From the NCBI GenBank assembly GCA_963735595.1, contig CAVTLK010000001.1:992001-1056000 (forward strand): a stretch of 64,000 nucleotides of DNA, in the 5' to 3' direction. Source of the DNA: an uncultured delta proteobacterium. Its GTDB lineage: Bacteria > Desulfobacterota > Zymogenia > Zymogenales > Zymogenaceae. Numbering within the stretch: the first letter of the stretch is position 1; every line of letters begins with the position of its first letter. The notes beneath the pieces are model-generated. The model had not been told where the DNA came from. It did no database searches and saw nothing but the letters and a program-made list of their open reading frames with translations. Shown here piece by piece: positions 43,990 through 56,107 of the stretch. The translations under genes and the position numbers were made by a program.

Positions 43990-45012
43990 TTATGCGTTTT
44001 TAGTCTCAAGTATACTGATCTCTTCCAGGGTTTTCCCTTTTGTCTCAAATAAATTCCTTTTGACATATACAAATGACGCCAGGCAAAAAAAGGAGAAAAT
44101 AAAGAAGGTAATACCAATACCAAAACCATCCCTTAATACAGGAAATAAAAGGTTTACCACGTAATCAGCTACCCACATGGTCATTATACAAATGGACAAA
44201 GCAGTTCCTCTTACCTGTGTTGGAAATATTTCAGTTGCAATTACAAATTTCAAAGGCCCAAGGGAAAATGCAAAAAACAGCAGAAACAGCATGATGCAAA
44301 ACAACATTAGCCATCCGGTTACACCCAAGATAAAACAAACACCGGTTAACGCCAATGCAAATGCGGCACCCATGGCCCCTACCATATACAATGGTTTCCT
44401 TCCCCAGCTATCCACTTTCCAAATTGCCACAAAGGTGAAAAGCATATTAGCCGTGCCCAACATCACCTGGTACAATAATGCATCGCTTGTAACTATGCCT
44501 GCCGATTTCAAAATGGTTGGGCCGTAAAAGATCACCCCGTTAATACCACTGAACTGCGAGAGAGCGGTTAGTATCATCGCCATTGCTAATAATTTGCCTA
44601 AAGGCTGTCGCATTAACTCCTTCAGTCCACCTGTTTTTTGGGTAACCAATTCCTTAATGGCATTCAATTCAAGACTGCCTTCATCCGGACCGTTTATTTT
44701 TGTCAGGATGCCAGCGCCTCCTCATTCCTGCCGAAGATCGCCAGCCAGCGCGGGCTTTCTGGTACAATCATTAATAACAAACAAAATAACGCTGCCGGAA
44801 TTACCCCTACCAGGAACATTCCCCGCCAAACCTGCTCTATAAAAAGCCAGGTTAACAAACCGCCCTCTTCGCCTGCATGATTGGTAGCATATTGTTGTAA
44901 AAAATAATTGCTGATATAGGCCACTAAAATGCCGATGGTAATGGCGAGTTGGTAAAAGGTTACCAATCCTCCCCGCTTTTTTGCAGGGGCCACTTCAGAA
45001 ATATACAGGGGC
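43990..45012 (-). CDS. Sugar porter MFS transporter, 5'-truncated at the junction and frameshifted near 44700
   Basis: PLYISEVAP, PESPRWL, SQFSGINGVIFY, EIFP, ETKGKTLEEI. Confidence 0.88.
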
Positions 45013-45435
45013 GATGCTTTGGCTTTCATTGTCAGTGGCATTGGGTCCATACCTGCCACAATTACCATTTCTTTCGCGAGAAGCTGAATCTGCTGAGTAT
45101 CTATTCCGAATGGGCAATGGACCATACACCTTCTGCAACCAGTGCAAGTATAGGCAGTTTCGTAAATCTTATCTAACCATTTCTGGTCTATTTCAATGGC
45201 TTCATTGTACCCACGGAGCCACTTTCCCTGTAATCGTTTCATATTTTTCGAATAAGCGTCTGATGTTCTGGGCTCTTGCCACTGGGGAATATCGTATATC
45301 ACCCGTTGATGCATAAGCATGGCATGAATCAATGCATACTCCACACCGAGCACAGTTTTCCATATACAGCTTAAGCGACCGGTTAAGCCGCTTACCAATC
45401 AAAGCTATAAGTTCTTGTTTTTGAGATTCTTCCAT
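45013..45435 (-). CDS. Fe-S oxidoreductase (HdrD/DsrK/TmcB-like), N-terminal part only, frameshift near 45205
   Basis: CARCGVCIDSCH and CTGCRRCMVHCPFGID; downstream of a NarI-like gene. Confidence 0.8.
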
Positions 45436-45436
45436 C

Positions 45437-46171
45437 TTAGCCTCTTCTCAACTTGTTTAGCGGCACCGCAAAACAGAAGTGCATTACTTTGCTAAAGGGG
45501 AGGACAAAAAAGAAAAGATTAGCAAACAAAACATGCGTTCCAATTACAGGATAATGACCACCAGCCAGTGTCTCTTTTGGATCCACGAATTTAAATTTAA
45601 TGAGATTATCTAAATAGGTGCCAAAATCCTGCTTTGTAAGCACAAAGCCTGTATCGGTCCAAGAGTTACCCCAACTTATTATATCTCCGCTGATGGCTAA
45701 ACAGATGAGCAGAAAGAGAATTATATAGTCTGCCGGAACTGAGACTTCACGGACAGGCGTTTTAAAGCGCCTAAAGAAAAGATAAATCAGAGATATGGTA
45801 AAAACAAGTCCAATAAAACCATGCCCTAACATGCTCTGGGATTTCTGAGAGGTAATGTTGATTTGAGGCAAAAGATCAAGATGTGCGATGATAAGCAATA
45901 AAAAAAAAATATGGAACAGCATGATAAAAAACCACAATGTTGGTTGTAGTTTTCTAATGGTTGGTAATGTGAAGGCGTCAAAAATTGCGCCTGACAATGC
46001 GCCCTCCGGAGGATCGTCCGGAGTCTTGCCTTCGGGGAAGATTCTATGAGCTTTAGGACTATTCGGAGTCCTTATCACTTTTACTACATTGATTATTATC
46101 CATACAATCGACCACAATATGGAAATATATACCATTGGCACCAGAACAAAATACCAAAACATTTCGACCAT
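45437..46171 (-). CDS. NarI/DsrM-like membrane cytochrome b subunit
   Basis: About 5 TM, LFH...AH, HVLFAN...LPFSKVMH. Confidence 0.85.
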   Translation of the reverse strand: MVEMFWYFVLVPMVYISILWSIVWIIINVVKVIRTPNSPKAHRIFPEGKTPDDPPEGALSGAIFDAFTLPTIRKLQPTLWFFIMLFHIFFLLLIIAHLDLLPQINITSQKSQSMLGHGFIGLVFTISLIYLFFRRFKTPVREVSVPADYIILFLLICLAISGDIISWGNSWTDTGFVLTKQDFGTYLDNLIKFKFVDPKETLAGGHYPVIGTHVLFANLFFFVLPFSKVMHFCFAVPLNKLRRG

Positions 46172-46481
46172 CGTATTACCTCTTTAATCTTTTGCTAGAC
46201 AACTATCGTTTACCGCAATTGAGAAGGCTGAAGGAAAAATTACCTTAACCTTTAACGAGAGCAGTTAACCAACTTACGCGAATAGTAACTAAGCTGAAAC
46301 AACGAATAAATATAGAAAAGTTGAGGCGAACACTAGGCAATACTATTTTTGGTTAAATCAATTGTCAAGTTTTTCAGTTGATGTTGCCAACTTTTTTATG
46401 GGCTATGATTACGGTAACTTTATAGAATCTCGAAAAACAATTCTCCCCAATACGAATCACGGGGCCCGAGGGCCCCTTCTA

Positions 46482-47673
46482 TTACATCTTGAATCCAAGA
46501 TCCCGATGCTTTAAAGCAATCTGATCAGCAAGATTTTCCACGGATTGCAATGCTTCTGGTCCAGGGTATCCTTTGCAGAGAACGGGGTCCATAATTTCCA
46601 CCTTAAGATCGTGTCCGACTCGTCCAATTATTTCGACAATCTTGTTGCCCCAACCATATGATCCCATTATGGCCGCATATTTTGCTTTTGGACGGAGAAT
46701 GTTGGCCAAGTACCACTGCATTTATAACAAGAGGATGTGGCCCGACCCTTACTGCAGGTGTCGCTATGACGAGCGTTGTCGCATCAATGAGATTAATGGC
46801 AAGTTTTCCGATATCAGTATTCGATAAATCAAATTGAGCGACTTCAACCTTCTGCTCACCTAACCGCGACACAAGGTGCTCCACCATTTTTTTCGTACTG
46901 CCATGCATGGAAACATACATCAACAACGCCAGATTCTTAGATTGATCTGAAAGCCAATCGTTATATGCGTCTATTATAAAATAGGGTTTCGGATAAATTG
47001 GGCCATGACTGGGAGCAATGGTTTCGATCTTGAGGTCTCTTATTTTCTCCATATTCTTCAGAATTATCTTTCTAAAAGGCAGCATAATTTCCGCAAAAAA
47101 ACGCTTTGCTGCTTCATAAACCCGGCCTTCATCAGAAACATACATCTCCGATGTAGCAATGTGAGATCCGAAGAAATCGCAGCTGAAGAGCATGTTGTCT
47201 TCAATGGCATAGGTAACCATTGTCTCCGGCCAGTGAACCCAGGGGGTATAGATGAATTCCAAAGTTTTGTTGCCTAAAGAGATCGTTTGTCCATCATTTA
47301 CGACCTCAGAAACCTCAGAATTGAGTTCCAAATGCTCGTGGAGAAGTTTGGCTCCTTGATCGGAGACTATGACTTTTGCATTCTTGTATTTTGATAATAC
47401 TTGGGGTATTGAGCCAGAATGGTCCTGTTCAGCATGGTTGGAAATGATGTAGTCGATTTTAGAAATCGGTTTCAATTGCTCCATTAAAATATGAGCCATA
47501 GCAGGATCAACAGAATCGATAAGAGCCGTTTTTTCACTACCTTGGATCAAATAGGAATTGTAACTTGTTCCGTCCGGGAGAGGGATGAGACTGTCAAATA
47601 ATCTGCGATCCCAATCAATTGCTCCTAACAAAAAAATATTATCTTTTATTTTCGCGTGGTAGCATTTGTTCAC
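46482..47673 (-). CDS. fprA: Flavodiiron protein FprA, frameshift near 46720
   Basis: GTSYNSYLI, NHAEQDHSGS, HWPETM, APSHGP, flavodoxin YVSMHGST, GSYGW. Confidence 0.9.
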
Positions 47674-47899
47674 TCCGTATTAATACTAATTATAAGTAGT
47701 TTCGCCTGCCGAGCATCAAAGTTCAAGGATTTTATTTTATGAATTCCCTCAGTTATTTAAGAATTTGGGCAGGAAATTACTGCTGATCTATTACGAAAAA
47801 CAATTTGATGTGCTAATACATAGTTATAGACTTTTCCTTTTGCTTTTTCACGGGTCAAAAAAGCGCTATTTATTTTTTCAAATACTCTATAGGCGATAT

Positions 47900-49462
47900 A
47901 TGAAAGCTCTTCTGGTAAATCCGAATTATCCACAGACATTCTGGTCCTTTAACAAAGTACTTAAGATGATGAATAAGAAGTGCATCCAGCCTCCCCTTGG
48001 TCTTTTGACCGTCGCGGCACTTCTTCCAAACGATTGGGAATTGAGACTTGCCGATGGCGCCATTCGACCTGTTAAAGAAGAAGATTGGGATTGGGCCGAT
48101 GTGGTTCTTATAACAGGCATGACTGCCCAATATACAGGGATTATCGATGCAATTCGTCAATCCAAGCAAAGGGGCAAACTGGTTGTTGTCGGCGGACCGA
48201 TGGTGTTTCACGTGCCTGATGATGCATTTGCGGCAGGGGCTGATATTATAGTCAGGGGTGAAGCTGAACCGATTGCCACGGAGCTTATCGATGCCATAGA
48301 ACAAAGACTAACTAACATAGTTTTAGAAGCGCCACAAAAACCCGATCTTAAGGATTCGCCTCCTCCCAGGTATGACCTTCTTGAAATGGATTCCTATGTA
48401 GACATGTCCATCCAGTTCTCCCGGGGTTGTCCTTTTAAATGTGAATTTTGCGATATTACATTGATGTTCGGAAGAACAGTACGAACAAAGAGTCCCGAAC
48501 AGATCCTTCACGAGTTAGAAGTGTTGTACAACTTGGGTTGGAGACGTTTGGTTTTTTTCGTAGATGACAATTTTATTGGTAATCCGGCTAAGACAAAGGA
48601 TTTGTTGAATGAACTGATTCCGTGGATGGAGAATAAAGAATATCCTTTTGAATTCAATACTCAGGCTTCAGTTAATCTGGCCAAAGATTCCGTGCTATTG
48701 AATTCAATGGCCAAAGCTGGATTTTGGAAAGTATTTTTGGGAATCGAATCTCTCAATAAAGAAACTCTGACCGATGCGAGAAAATTCCAGAATGCATCTG
48801 TAGACCTGGATAATGTATGCAAGACGATTAATGCTGCAGGTATACAGATTATAGCCGGATGTATTCTAGGTTTCGATGCAGAAGGCACGGGAGCTGACCA
48901 GCATCTCATTCAATTTGCTCATAGAAATAACATCCCCGAAATGTTTGTTACTATGCTTCAAGCCGGTCCTGGTACGGAGCTTTGGCACAGATTAGAAGAT
49001 GAAGGAAGATTGCTTTTTGTTGGTATTGATGACAACTTCGGAAGTCAGACAGCTATGGTAAATTTTGAGACTAAACGGCCAAAGGACGAAATAGCTCGCG
49101 AATTTATAAATCTTTATAATGTACTGTACCAGCAGAACTTTTATCTTGAACGTGTATACAATCACATCGTTAATATGGGAGCCTTACCCTATAAAAAAGG
49201 ATTTGCTCCGCCTTATTTTTCGGAAGTCAGAGCTGTAATAATTAGTATTTTTAATCATGGAGTTCGCTACTCGGGAAGGCTTAACTTCTGGAAGAAGTTT
49301 CTTTCTATCGTGTTCAAGTACCCTGATCGATTTAGGCAATTTATTTCTGCTTGTATCGTCGCTGAACACTATTATGAGTATCGAAATACAATAAAAGACC
49401 TGCTGGAAGCACAATTGAAAGAAGAAGAAATGAATGGCTCTTTAAGTCCTATTAATCCTTAA
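47900..49462 (+). CDS. B12-binding radical SAM protein (HpnP-like/DUF4070)
   Basis: TFWSF, PPLGLLTVAALLP, SRGCPFKCEFC, VDDNFIGN. Confidence 0.9.
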   Translation: MKALLVNPNYPQTFWSFNKVLKMMNKKCIQPPLGLLTVAALLPNDWELRLADGAIRPVKEEDWDWADVVLITGMTAQYTGIIDAIRQSKQRGKLVVVGGPMVFHVPDDAFAAGADIIVRGEAEPIATELIDAIEQRLTNIVLEAPQKPDLKDSPPPRYDLLEMDSYVDMSIQFSRGCPFKCEFCDITLMFGRTVRTKSPEQILHELEVLYNLGWRRLVFFVDDNFIGNPAKTKDLLNELIPWMENKEYPFEFNTQASVNLAKDSVLLNSMAKAGFWKVFLGIESLNKETLTDARKFQNASVDLDNVCKTINAAGIQIIAGCILGFDAEGTGADQHLIQFAHRNNIPEMFVTMLQAGPGTELWHRLEDEGRLLFVGIDDNFGSQTAMVNFETKRPKDEIAREFINLYNVLYQQNFYLERVYNHIVNMGALPYKKGFAPPYFSEVRAVIISIFNHGVRYSGRLNFWKKFLSIVFKYPDRFRQFISACIVAEHYYEYRNTIKDLLEAQLKEEEMNGSLSPINP

Positions 49463-49506
49463 GCGATTCACATTGTCAAAAATCTCCAATAAGTTGCGTT
49501 TCTTTC

Positions 49507-50631
49507 ATGGGTGAAATTGAAATCATAGAAGTGCTAAACAAGTCAGATCTCAATTTATTTATTGATCTGCCTTGGACCATTTATAAGAATTATCCGAAGT
49601 GGATTCCACCATTAAAATCTCAAGTACGAAAACTGCTCGATACTCGCAAGCATCCTTATTGGGAATTTGCAGAGCGAACTCTATTTACAGCATGGAAAAA
49701 TGGGCAGATACAAGGGCGAGTCGCCGCTATCATCGATAATCGATATAATGAGTTCCATACAGAAAAAATGTGTTCATTTGGATTTTTTGAATCCACAAAC
49801 GATCCGGAAGTCGCACAAGCATTAATGAATTCCGTAGCAGTTTGGGGACAACAAAATGGAATGTCATTCATCAGAGGCCCTCTAAACCCGTCGACGAATT
49901 ACGAAATTGGTATGTTGAAAGATGGTTTCGATAAAGAACCGTCCATTATGATGCCGTATAACCCACCCTATTATGTCGATTTAATGAATTTCTGCGGGTT
50001 TTCCAAAGAAAAGGATATCTATGCTCTTTATGCCGATAGATCAACTCAGGTGTCTGAACGATTTCAAAGACTTGCTAAGAGGATCAGGAGAAATAACGAT
50101 ATCACCGTTCGCAACGTGAGGAAAAAGGATTTTGGGAAAGAAATCCTCATAGTTAAAGATATCTATAACGAAGCCTGGTCCAAAAATTGGGGTTTCGTTC
50201 CAATGACGGATTCGGAATTCTCATACATGGCCGAAGAGTTGATGAAGATCATGGATGAGGATCTTGTATTTTTTGTATATTACAAAAATGAGCCTGCCGG
50301 ATTTTGTTTAGTCCTCCCCAATATCAATCCGATCTTGAAGGCATTAAATGGCAAAATTGGACTCCTTGGACTATTTAAACTATTGAAATATAAAAAGGCC
50401 ATAGATTCGGCCCGCTGTCTGGCCTTGGGAATAAAGCTGAAATATCATAATTTGGGAATTCCTTTAGTTGCCCTGGATTTTCTTTGGGAGACTTTCGCTC
50501 GTAAGACATTCTACAAGACATTAGAAGTCGGATGGAATCTCGAGGACAATCTGGACATTATAAAGTATGAAGAAGAGGCAGGTTGCAAAATCTACAAAAT
50601 TTATCGGATATTTCGCAAGGAACTCCCATGA
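49507..50631 (+). CDS. YghO-like GNAT acyltransferase (family that includes bacterial ceramide synthase)
   Basis: FIDLPW.IY...WIPPL, GRVAAI, FGFFE, RGPLNPSTN, MPYNPPYY, NWGFVP, LEDN. Confidence 0.75.
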   Translation: MGEIEIIEVLNKSDLNLFIDLPWTIYKNYPKWIPPLKSQVRKLLDTRKHPYWEFAERTLFTAWKNGQIQGRVAAIIDNRYNEFHTEKMCSFGFFESTNDPEVAQALMNSVAVWGQQNGMSFIRGPLNPSTNYEIGMLKDGFDKEPSIMMPYNPPYYVDLMNFCGFSKEKDIYALYADRSTQVSERFQRLAKRIRRNNDITVRNVRKKDFGKEILIVKDIYNEAWSKNWGFVPMTDSEFSYMAEELMKIMDEDLVFFVYYKNEPAGFCLVLPNINPILKALNGKIGLLGLFKLLKYKKAIDSARCLALGIKLKYHNLGIPLVALDFLWETFARKTFYKTLEVGWNLEDNLDIIKYEEEAGCKIYKIYRIFRKELP

Positions 50632-50691
50632 TTCTGCAAACTACTGAAGTGATGAAGCAAATGTTTAGAAATAACTAAGGGTCATGAAAAT

Positions 50692-52150
50692 GTGAAAGCG
50701 TTTGTTACCAGAGATGTTTATCAGAATGTATTATTCCATTTACTTGCTCTGAGCTTTTTAGTTTTATTAACGTTCCCTCGGATCATAATCAATTACGGTA
50801 TTGATGGCGACTCCATACGTGGCATGTTAGCCGCTCGATGGCTCATGGAATCGAATCAATACATCCCTTCTCGACTTCCCGGAAATCCCATCTACGAATA
50901 TATACTCGGGATATTTTCCACTGTTGATGGTTATTATCTTACAAATTCATTCAGTTTCCTCAGTTTTTTATTAGCAATTTTGGCATTTCATAAGCTTACG
51001 GCCAATACTCCCAATAGATTCCTGCTGATCGTTTTATTCTCTTTCACACCCATTCTTATGAAGAATGCAGCGTTAACAATGGACTATATTCCTGGGTTAG
51101 CGTTAATTCTCTGGGGCTATTATTTTTTACAGCAACGTCATTTGTTCTGGAGTGCTGTATTATTGAGTTTATCCATAGGAATGCGTTTATCTCATGCTGT
51201 ATTCATTATTCCATTCAGTATGTATTTCATGTCGTCAGGCCATGACAGACGAAAACTAGCTAGCTTTTTAGGGATTGTAATTACAGGAATTTTATTGAGT
51301 TATCTACCGATTCTATTAAGATTTGGACCTGGTCTTTGGCGCCTGGTTCCTGCTCAAAATGCCCTATTCATCTCACATCTATCTTGCTGTTTATAATGCA
51401 ATTATGCTCTTTGGATTACCGAGCCTATTGGTCTTTTCCTTTATACTGATTCTCGAATTGAAACAAAAACATTATAAAATGATGTTTCAGCTCGATCCCG
51501 CGAGCATCACCGAATTCACCTCGTTCCTCCTGGTATGTTTCGTTTTCTTGATCCATCCAGACGAAACTGAATACCTGATCCCAGCTATTCCTTTCCTATA
51601 TCTCCTCGTAGGAAAATTATTTGAGCGCAAACATCTCATGATATTTGTTTGTGTTGTCTTTTCTTTCAGCTTTTTTTCCATTGAACTAAAAAGTGGAGAA
51701 AGCGGAAATAGAAAAGTGGGTTTTGCAATAGCTCCTGGAATCATTATAGATGATTTTCTGAAACGAAAACAATTTGAGGCCATGAAGAGATCTCTAATCG
51801 ATTTGCCGGTTCCAGAAAAATCGATTATCATAACTGGTTTTGGTCCTATGCTTGGATTTGAAAATCCTGATCTCAGAGCAATCAATTTGACAACGAGTAT
51901 TCCGGAACTTGATGCCCAAGGTATATTTGAGGACAACTTTTCTTACCAATTGAGGAATAAAAAGGTGTTCCTCATTGGTGGTATGTCACTGAAAAATGCG
52001 GAAATTGCACGCCATCATGGATTTTACTTGTATTTCTTTCGGGAATCTGCTCCTAGCCTAAGCATTAATCACTATGGTTATCATCCCAGGCAAGCAAAAA
52101 TGAAAAAGTTGATCTTCACCGAGAATGAATTCAGAGTGTCAGATGAGTGA
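50692..52150 (+). CDS. Polytopic membrane protein, possible GT-C glycosyltransferase (frameshift near 51345)
   Basis: Two overlapping hydrophobic ORFs; acidic DGD after the first TM, SRLPGNPIYE. Confidence 0.55.
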
Positions 52151-53270
52151 AAAAATTCACATTCTTCATGTTGTAAATTCCCTTAATTTAGGTGGAGTGG
52201 AATTACAGCTACTTAATTTGATTAAGCAATACGATAGAAGAGCCTTCGAGATAGATGTTTGCGTAATTGGTAATGAAATGGGAAAATTAGAACAAGAAGT
52301 GAGAAATCTCGATACAAAGATACTTAGTTGTCCAAAATCTCCAAATTTATTGTCATTTTCCAAGCGGTTCAGGAACACCATTATATCTCAAAATTATGGT
52401 ATTGTGCATTCTCATCTTGATGCGTGGAGTGGTGCGATTTTAAGAGGCGCATCAATGGCCGGAGTGCCGGTGAGGATAGCTCAAATTCATTCTATAATGC
52501 CATGGGCGGAAGATCTTAGGGCAAATCCGTTAATTAGATATGTCCAGAATATTGTGGTATATTGGGGTCGTTTTTGGCTATCGAGGTATGCAACCCATGT
52601 GTTAACAGTTTCCCATTCGGTTCGCGACCCTTTATCTACCTGGCTAGTAAACAAGGACATATTAATTTGGACCGCAGGGATCAATTTGAAGGAGTTTGTT
52701 CCTTCCCGAGATTTTCATCAGGATTTCAATATATTATCTGTTGGTGGATTGCTAAAAGCTAAAAATGTCGATATTACTCTGAAAATATTTAGAAAAGTCC
52801 TAGACGTGTTTCCAAAAGCCAAATTGATCATAGCCGGAGTAGGACCTGAAGAGATGTATTTGAGGAATCTATGCCAGGACCTGGGCATTTCTGCTTCGGT
52901 GGATTTTATAGGTACTTCACGAAATATCCCAGACCTCATGAAATCCGCTGCGCTTTTAATTACGAGCTCGTCAATCGAAGGTTTACCCACCGTGATTCTG
53001 GAAGCCCAGGCATCCGGAATCCCCGTTGTCGCATCTGCAATTGACCCTAACCTGGAAGCGCTAGCCGACGAATTATTACCGTTTACATTTCCCATCAATG
53101 ATATTGATATAGCCGCTAATAATGTAACCACGTTTCTAAGCAATTCCGAGCTGAGAATGAATTTACGCGAGAAACTTCCGAAGTATGTGAATGAGAATTT
53201 TAATTCCGAACGACAGTTGCCCAAACTAAAACATCTGTACAAAGAGGCATATTTTTTGGCAAAAACATGA
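52143..53270 (+). CDS. GT4 glycosyltransferase
   Basis: ILHVVNSLNLGGVE, EGLPTVILEAQASGIPVVAS. Confidence 0.92.
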   Translation: MSEKIHILHVVNSLNLGGVELQLLNLIKQYDRRAFEIDVCVIGNEMGKLEQEVRNLDTKILSCPKSPNLLSFSKRFRNTIISQNYGIVHSHLDAWSGAILRGASMAGVPVRIAQIHSIMPWAEDLRANPLIRYVQNIVVYWGRFWLSRYATHVLTVSHSVRDPLSTWLVNKDILIWTAGINLKEFVPSRDFHQDFNILSVGGLLKAKNVDITLKIFRKVLDVFPKAKLIIAGVGPEEMYLRNLCQDLGISASVDFIGTSRNIPDLMKSAALLITSSSIEGLPTVILEAQASGIPVVASAIDPNLEALADELLPFTFPINDIDIAANNVTTFLSNSELRMNLREKLPKYVNENFNSERQLPKLKHLYKEAYFLAKT

Positions 53271-54538
53271 TTTCAGCAAACTTCATTGACATATTGTTTA
53301 TTCTGCCTCTCATGGCATCTATTCCTATGCTCATAAAGTTATATTTGAAACCTGCTTTTTTCAGTCAATCGCAACGGAATCTTGCTCTTTATGGCGGTCT
53401 TATTTGGATGGTATATGTATTCATCAGCGAATACGTTTCAGAGCATTTTCTTGGTGTCCCCTGGATGGATGCTCTTTACCATGCAAATTACGGGAAAGTG
53501 ATAGCCGAAGAGATTACAAAAGGTAATTGGCAATATTTTCTGGATCATTTTGCTACCGGGAACAATGCATATCATTGCTATAGTTCTCTTATTTTATCAA
53601 CAGGTGCAACCATCTTCACCCTTACGGGAATAAATGCATTTCTCGCTTTTTGGGGAGGCTTGGTGCTTGCCTCTAGTTTTAGTTCAATATGTCCCTATCC
53701 CAGGAAGCGGAATCTCCTGTTTCTCTTTACGATTTTTTGTCCTTCCGTTATTTTTTGGTGTACAGTAAATCTCAAAGAAGCGATGATGTATTGGGCTATC
53801 TGCCTGATATTTTCAATAGGTTTTCCACACAGGAGCATTGGCTATTTTGCCCGTATTCCTTTATCAATCATAGCGGTTATTATTGGAGCTTTGCTCAGAC
53901 CTCATGTGCTCATCGGTTGGCTTGCAGCAGTTGCAGGGGTTATGGTTTTTCGATCCGGTAGACGAACAGCGGGCATCATTATGCTTATGTGCATGCCCAT
54001 AGTCGCTTTTTCGTTGAGAACCATTCTTAAGTCGGATTTCTCCCAAGAAGTTGCGCTTCAAATGGGAGAATCACAATTTTCAGCTCTGACGATTATAAGT
54101 CATCAAGGGTCAGCAATTAAGTATGATTCTGGTCGTCCAATTTTTTTGCTATCAGGAATAGTTGCTGCTTATCTGCGTCCCTTTCCTTGGGAAATACGAT
54201 CTCTAAGAACATCTGCTAGTTCCATAGAAACCTGGGCAATGACTCTTTTGATTATATTTGCATGGTGGTCTTTTAATAGTCGTGATAGATGGTATGCTTT
54301 AAAATTACCAGGAATTCAAATAGCTATCTTAGCTTCTCTTTGGATGTGCATGCTGCTGTCCTATTTTCCAAATGAAGGCCTCGTTGTAAGACAACGTGTT
54401 CAGCTCATTCCTGCCATGCTGGCATGTGCCGTTATTCCATTACTGATGAAGATGTACGCTGCAGCTAGACTCAAAGCTCTCGAACGACAACTAAGCATGA
54501 GAGATATGCAGCTAAAAAAAACTGTGCACGGGAATTAA
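53267..54538 (+). CDS. Polytopic membrane protein, Wzy-like polysaccharide polymerase candidate
   Basis: About 10 TM, NLKEA, LRPH, PFPWE, NEGLVVRQR; polysaccharide gene context. Confidence 0.55.
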   Translation: MISANFIDILFILPLMASIPMLIKLYLKPAFFSQSQRNLALYGGLIWMVYVFISEYVSEHFLGVPWMDALYHANYGKVIAEEITKGNWQYFLDHFATGNNAYHCYSSLILSTGATIFTLTGINAFLAFWGGLVLASSFSSICPYPRKRNLLFLFTIFCPSVIFWCTVNLKEAMMYWAICLIFSIGFPHRSIGYFARIPLSIIAVIIGALLRPHVLIGWLAAVAGVMVFRSGRRTAGIIMLMCMPIVAFSLRTILKSDFSQEVALQMGESQFSALTIISHQGSAIKYDSGRPIFLLSGIVAAYLRPFPWEIRSLRTSASSIETWAMTLLIIFAWWSFNSRDRWYALKLPGIQIAILASLWMCMLLSYFPNEGLVVRQRVQLIPAMLACAVIPLLMKMYAAARLKALERQLSMRDMQLKKTVHGN

Positions 54539-54694
54539 ACGGAGTATGTTTCATTTAGCAATTCATGAGAACAGCCAAAGGGCAGATTCAATTGCTGCAG
54601 AATATTTCTGAAGTTTCTGCGCACTGTCACAAATAATCGGAACTTAGATAGAATATTCTCTTCGCTATACAAACCGTTTCTGAAATGTATGTGT

Positions 54695-56105
54695 ATGAAA
54701 CAGAAAATATACGATCACTCCCCAATAATGCTTCAGAATATCTTCATTTCGCTCCAAGGAGCCATTCACAATACCCGACGCATCAACTGGAAAACCTGTA
54801 AGAAACACTACCATGAGCTAATTGAAAGCCAATGGTGGCCTAGAGATGAACATGATCAAGCTCAGTTCAATTCATTGAAGAATCATCTAACCTATGCTGG
54901 AACCTTTATTCCTTATTATAAGAAACTGTTTCAAGAGCTATCGTTTAATCCTCTAGAGCTGCAAAACACCGATGATATTAGAAGAATCCCGGCACTTAAA
55001 AAAGATCAAATAAGAACATTCCCATTGGAGTTTATTCATTGTGGAAAAATAGATCGCAAGTGGAACAGATTTTTCACGAGCGGCACAACTGGGACTCCAT
55101 TGAATTTGTGGAGTTCCAAAGAGAGTTTCGGACGAATCTGGAGTTTTGTTTATAGATTGAGGAAGTGGGGTAATTTACAGGACCCGTTCTTTCCGAGGCG
55201 AGTCCAGTTTACAGGGAGGGACATAGCATCAAACGATATTTCCACCCAAACTGGTATCTACTGGCGTTTTAATAAACCTGGCAACACATTATTGATGTCC
55301 ACCTCACATTTGAATCAAGGAACAATACCGGGTTATATTGAGGCTATCCGTGCCTTTGCTCCAGAATTGATAGATGGTTATCCCTCAGCACTGGCAATTA
55401 TCAGTAAGTATGCTTTGAATCATAGAATTAAGCTTCCTTCTCCAAGAGCTATCATAACAAGCGCCGAAACTTTATTGGATACCGATAAGATTTCCATACA
55501 AACTGCTTTTCAATGCAGGATTTTTAACCAATATGCATCTAGTGACACTGCTGCATTTATCAGTTTCTTGTGAAAAAGACAGGTTGCACATAAATCCTGA
55601 GTTCGGGAGCTGTGAAATAATAACACAGAACGGCAGAGTTGCTCAGCCTGGAGAAATGGGAGAAATCGTTGCTACTTCATTTTGCAACAAAGAACAGGTA
55701 TTTGTACGATACGCCACGGGTGATATGGCGATTGTTTCATCAGATCAAAATTGCCCTTGTGGACGCAGCATGACGGTAATAGAAAAGATTTTAGGGCGCA
55801 TGGACGATATTTTGTATGTTCCCGAGAGAGGCTTCATAGGACGTCTAGATCCTGTGTTCAAGGCATTATATGGAATACTGGAAGCTCAAATCATTCAATC
55901 CGAATTGGATTCAATAGTTATCAAATTGGTACCCCTTCCAGAGTATCACGACAATATAGGTGAAAAGCTCATGTTGAACCTTCGTAAAAAAGTAGGTGAT
56001 AACGTTAGGATAAGCATAGATAAAGTCGATTTCATACCAAGAGGAGCCAATGGAAAATTCCAATCAGTCCGAAGCTTGTGTAAAAACCTTTACCCGAAAC
56101 TATAA
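54695..56105 (+). CDS. CapK-like / phenylacetate-CoA ligase family protein, frameshift near 55565
   Basis: TSGTTGTP, GYPSAL, SAETL, RYATGD, GRMDD, NGKF. Confidence 0.85.
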
Positions 56106-56107
56106 TT

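Noticed and set aside
44703..45398. Novel ferredoxin-sugar transporter fusion protein
   Set aside because: Both halves are truncated and belong to segments with different gene content; best explained as a junction artefact
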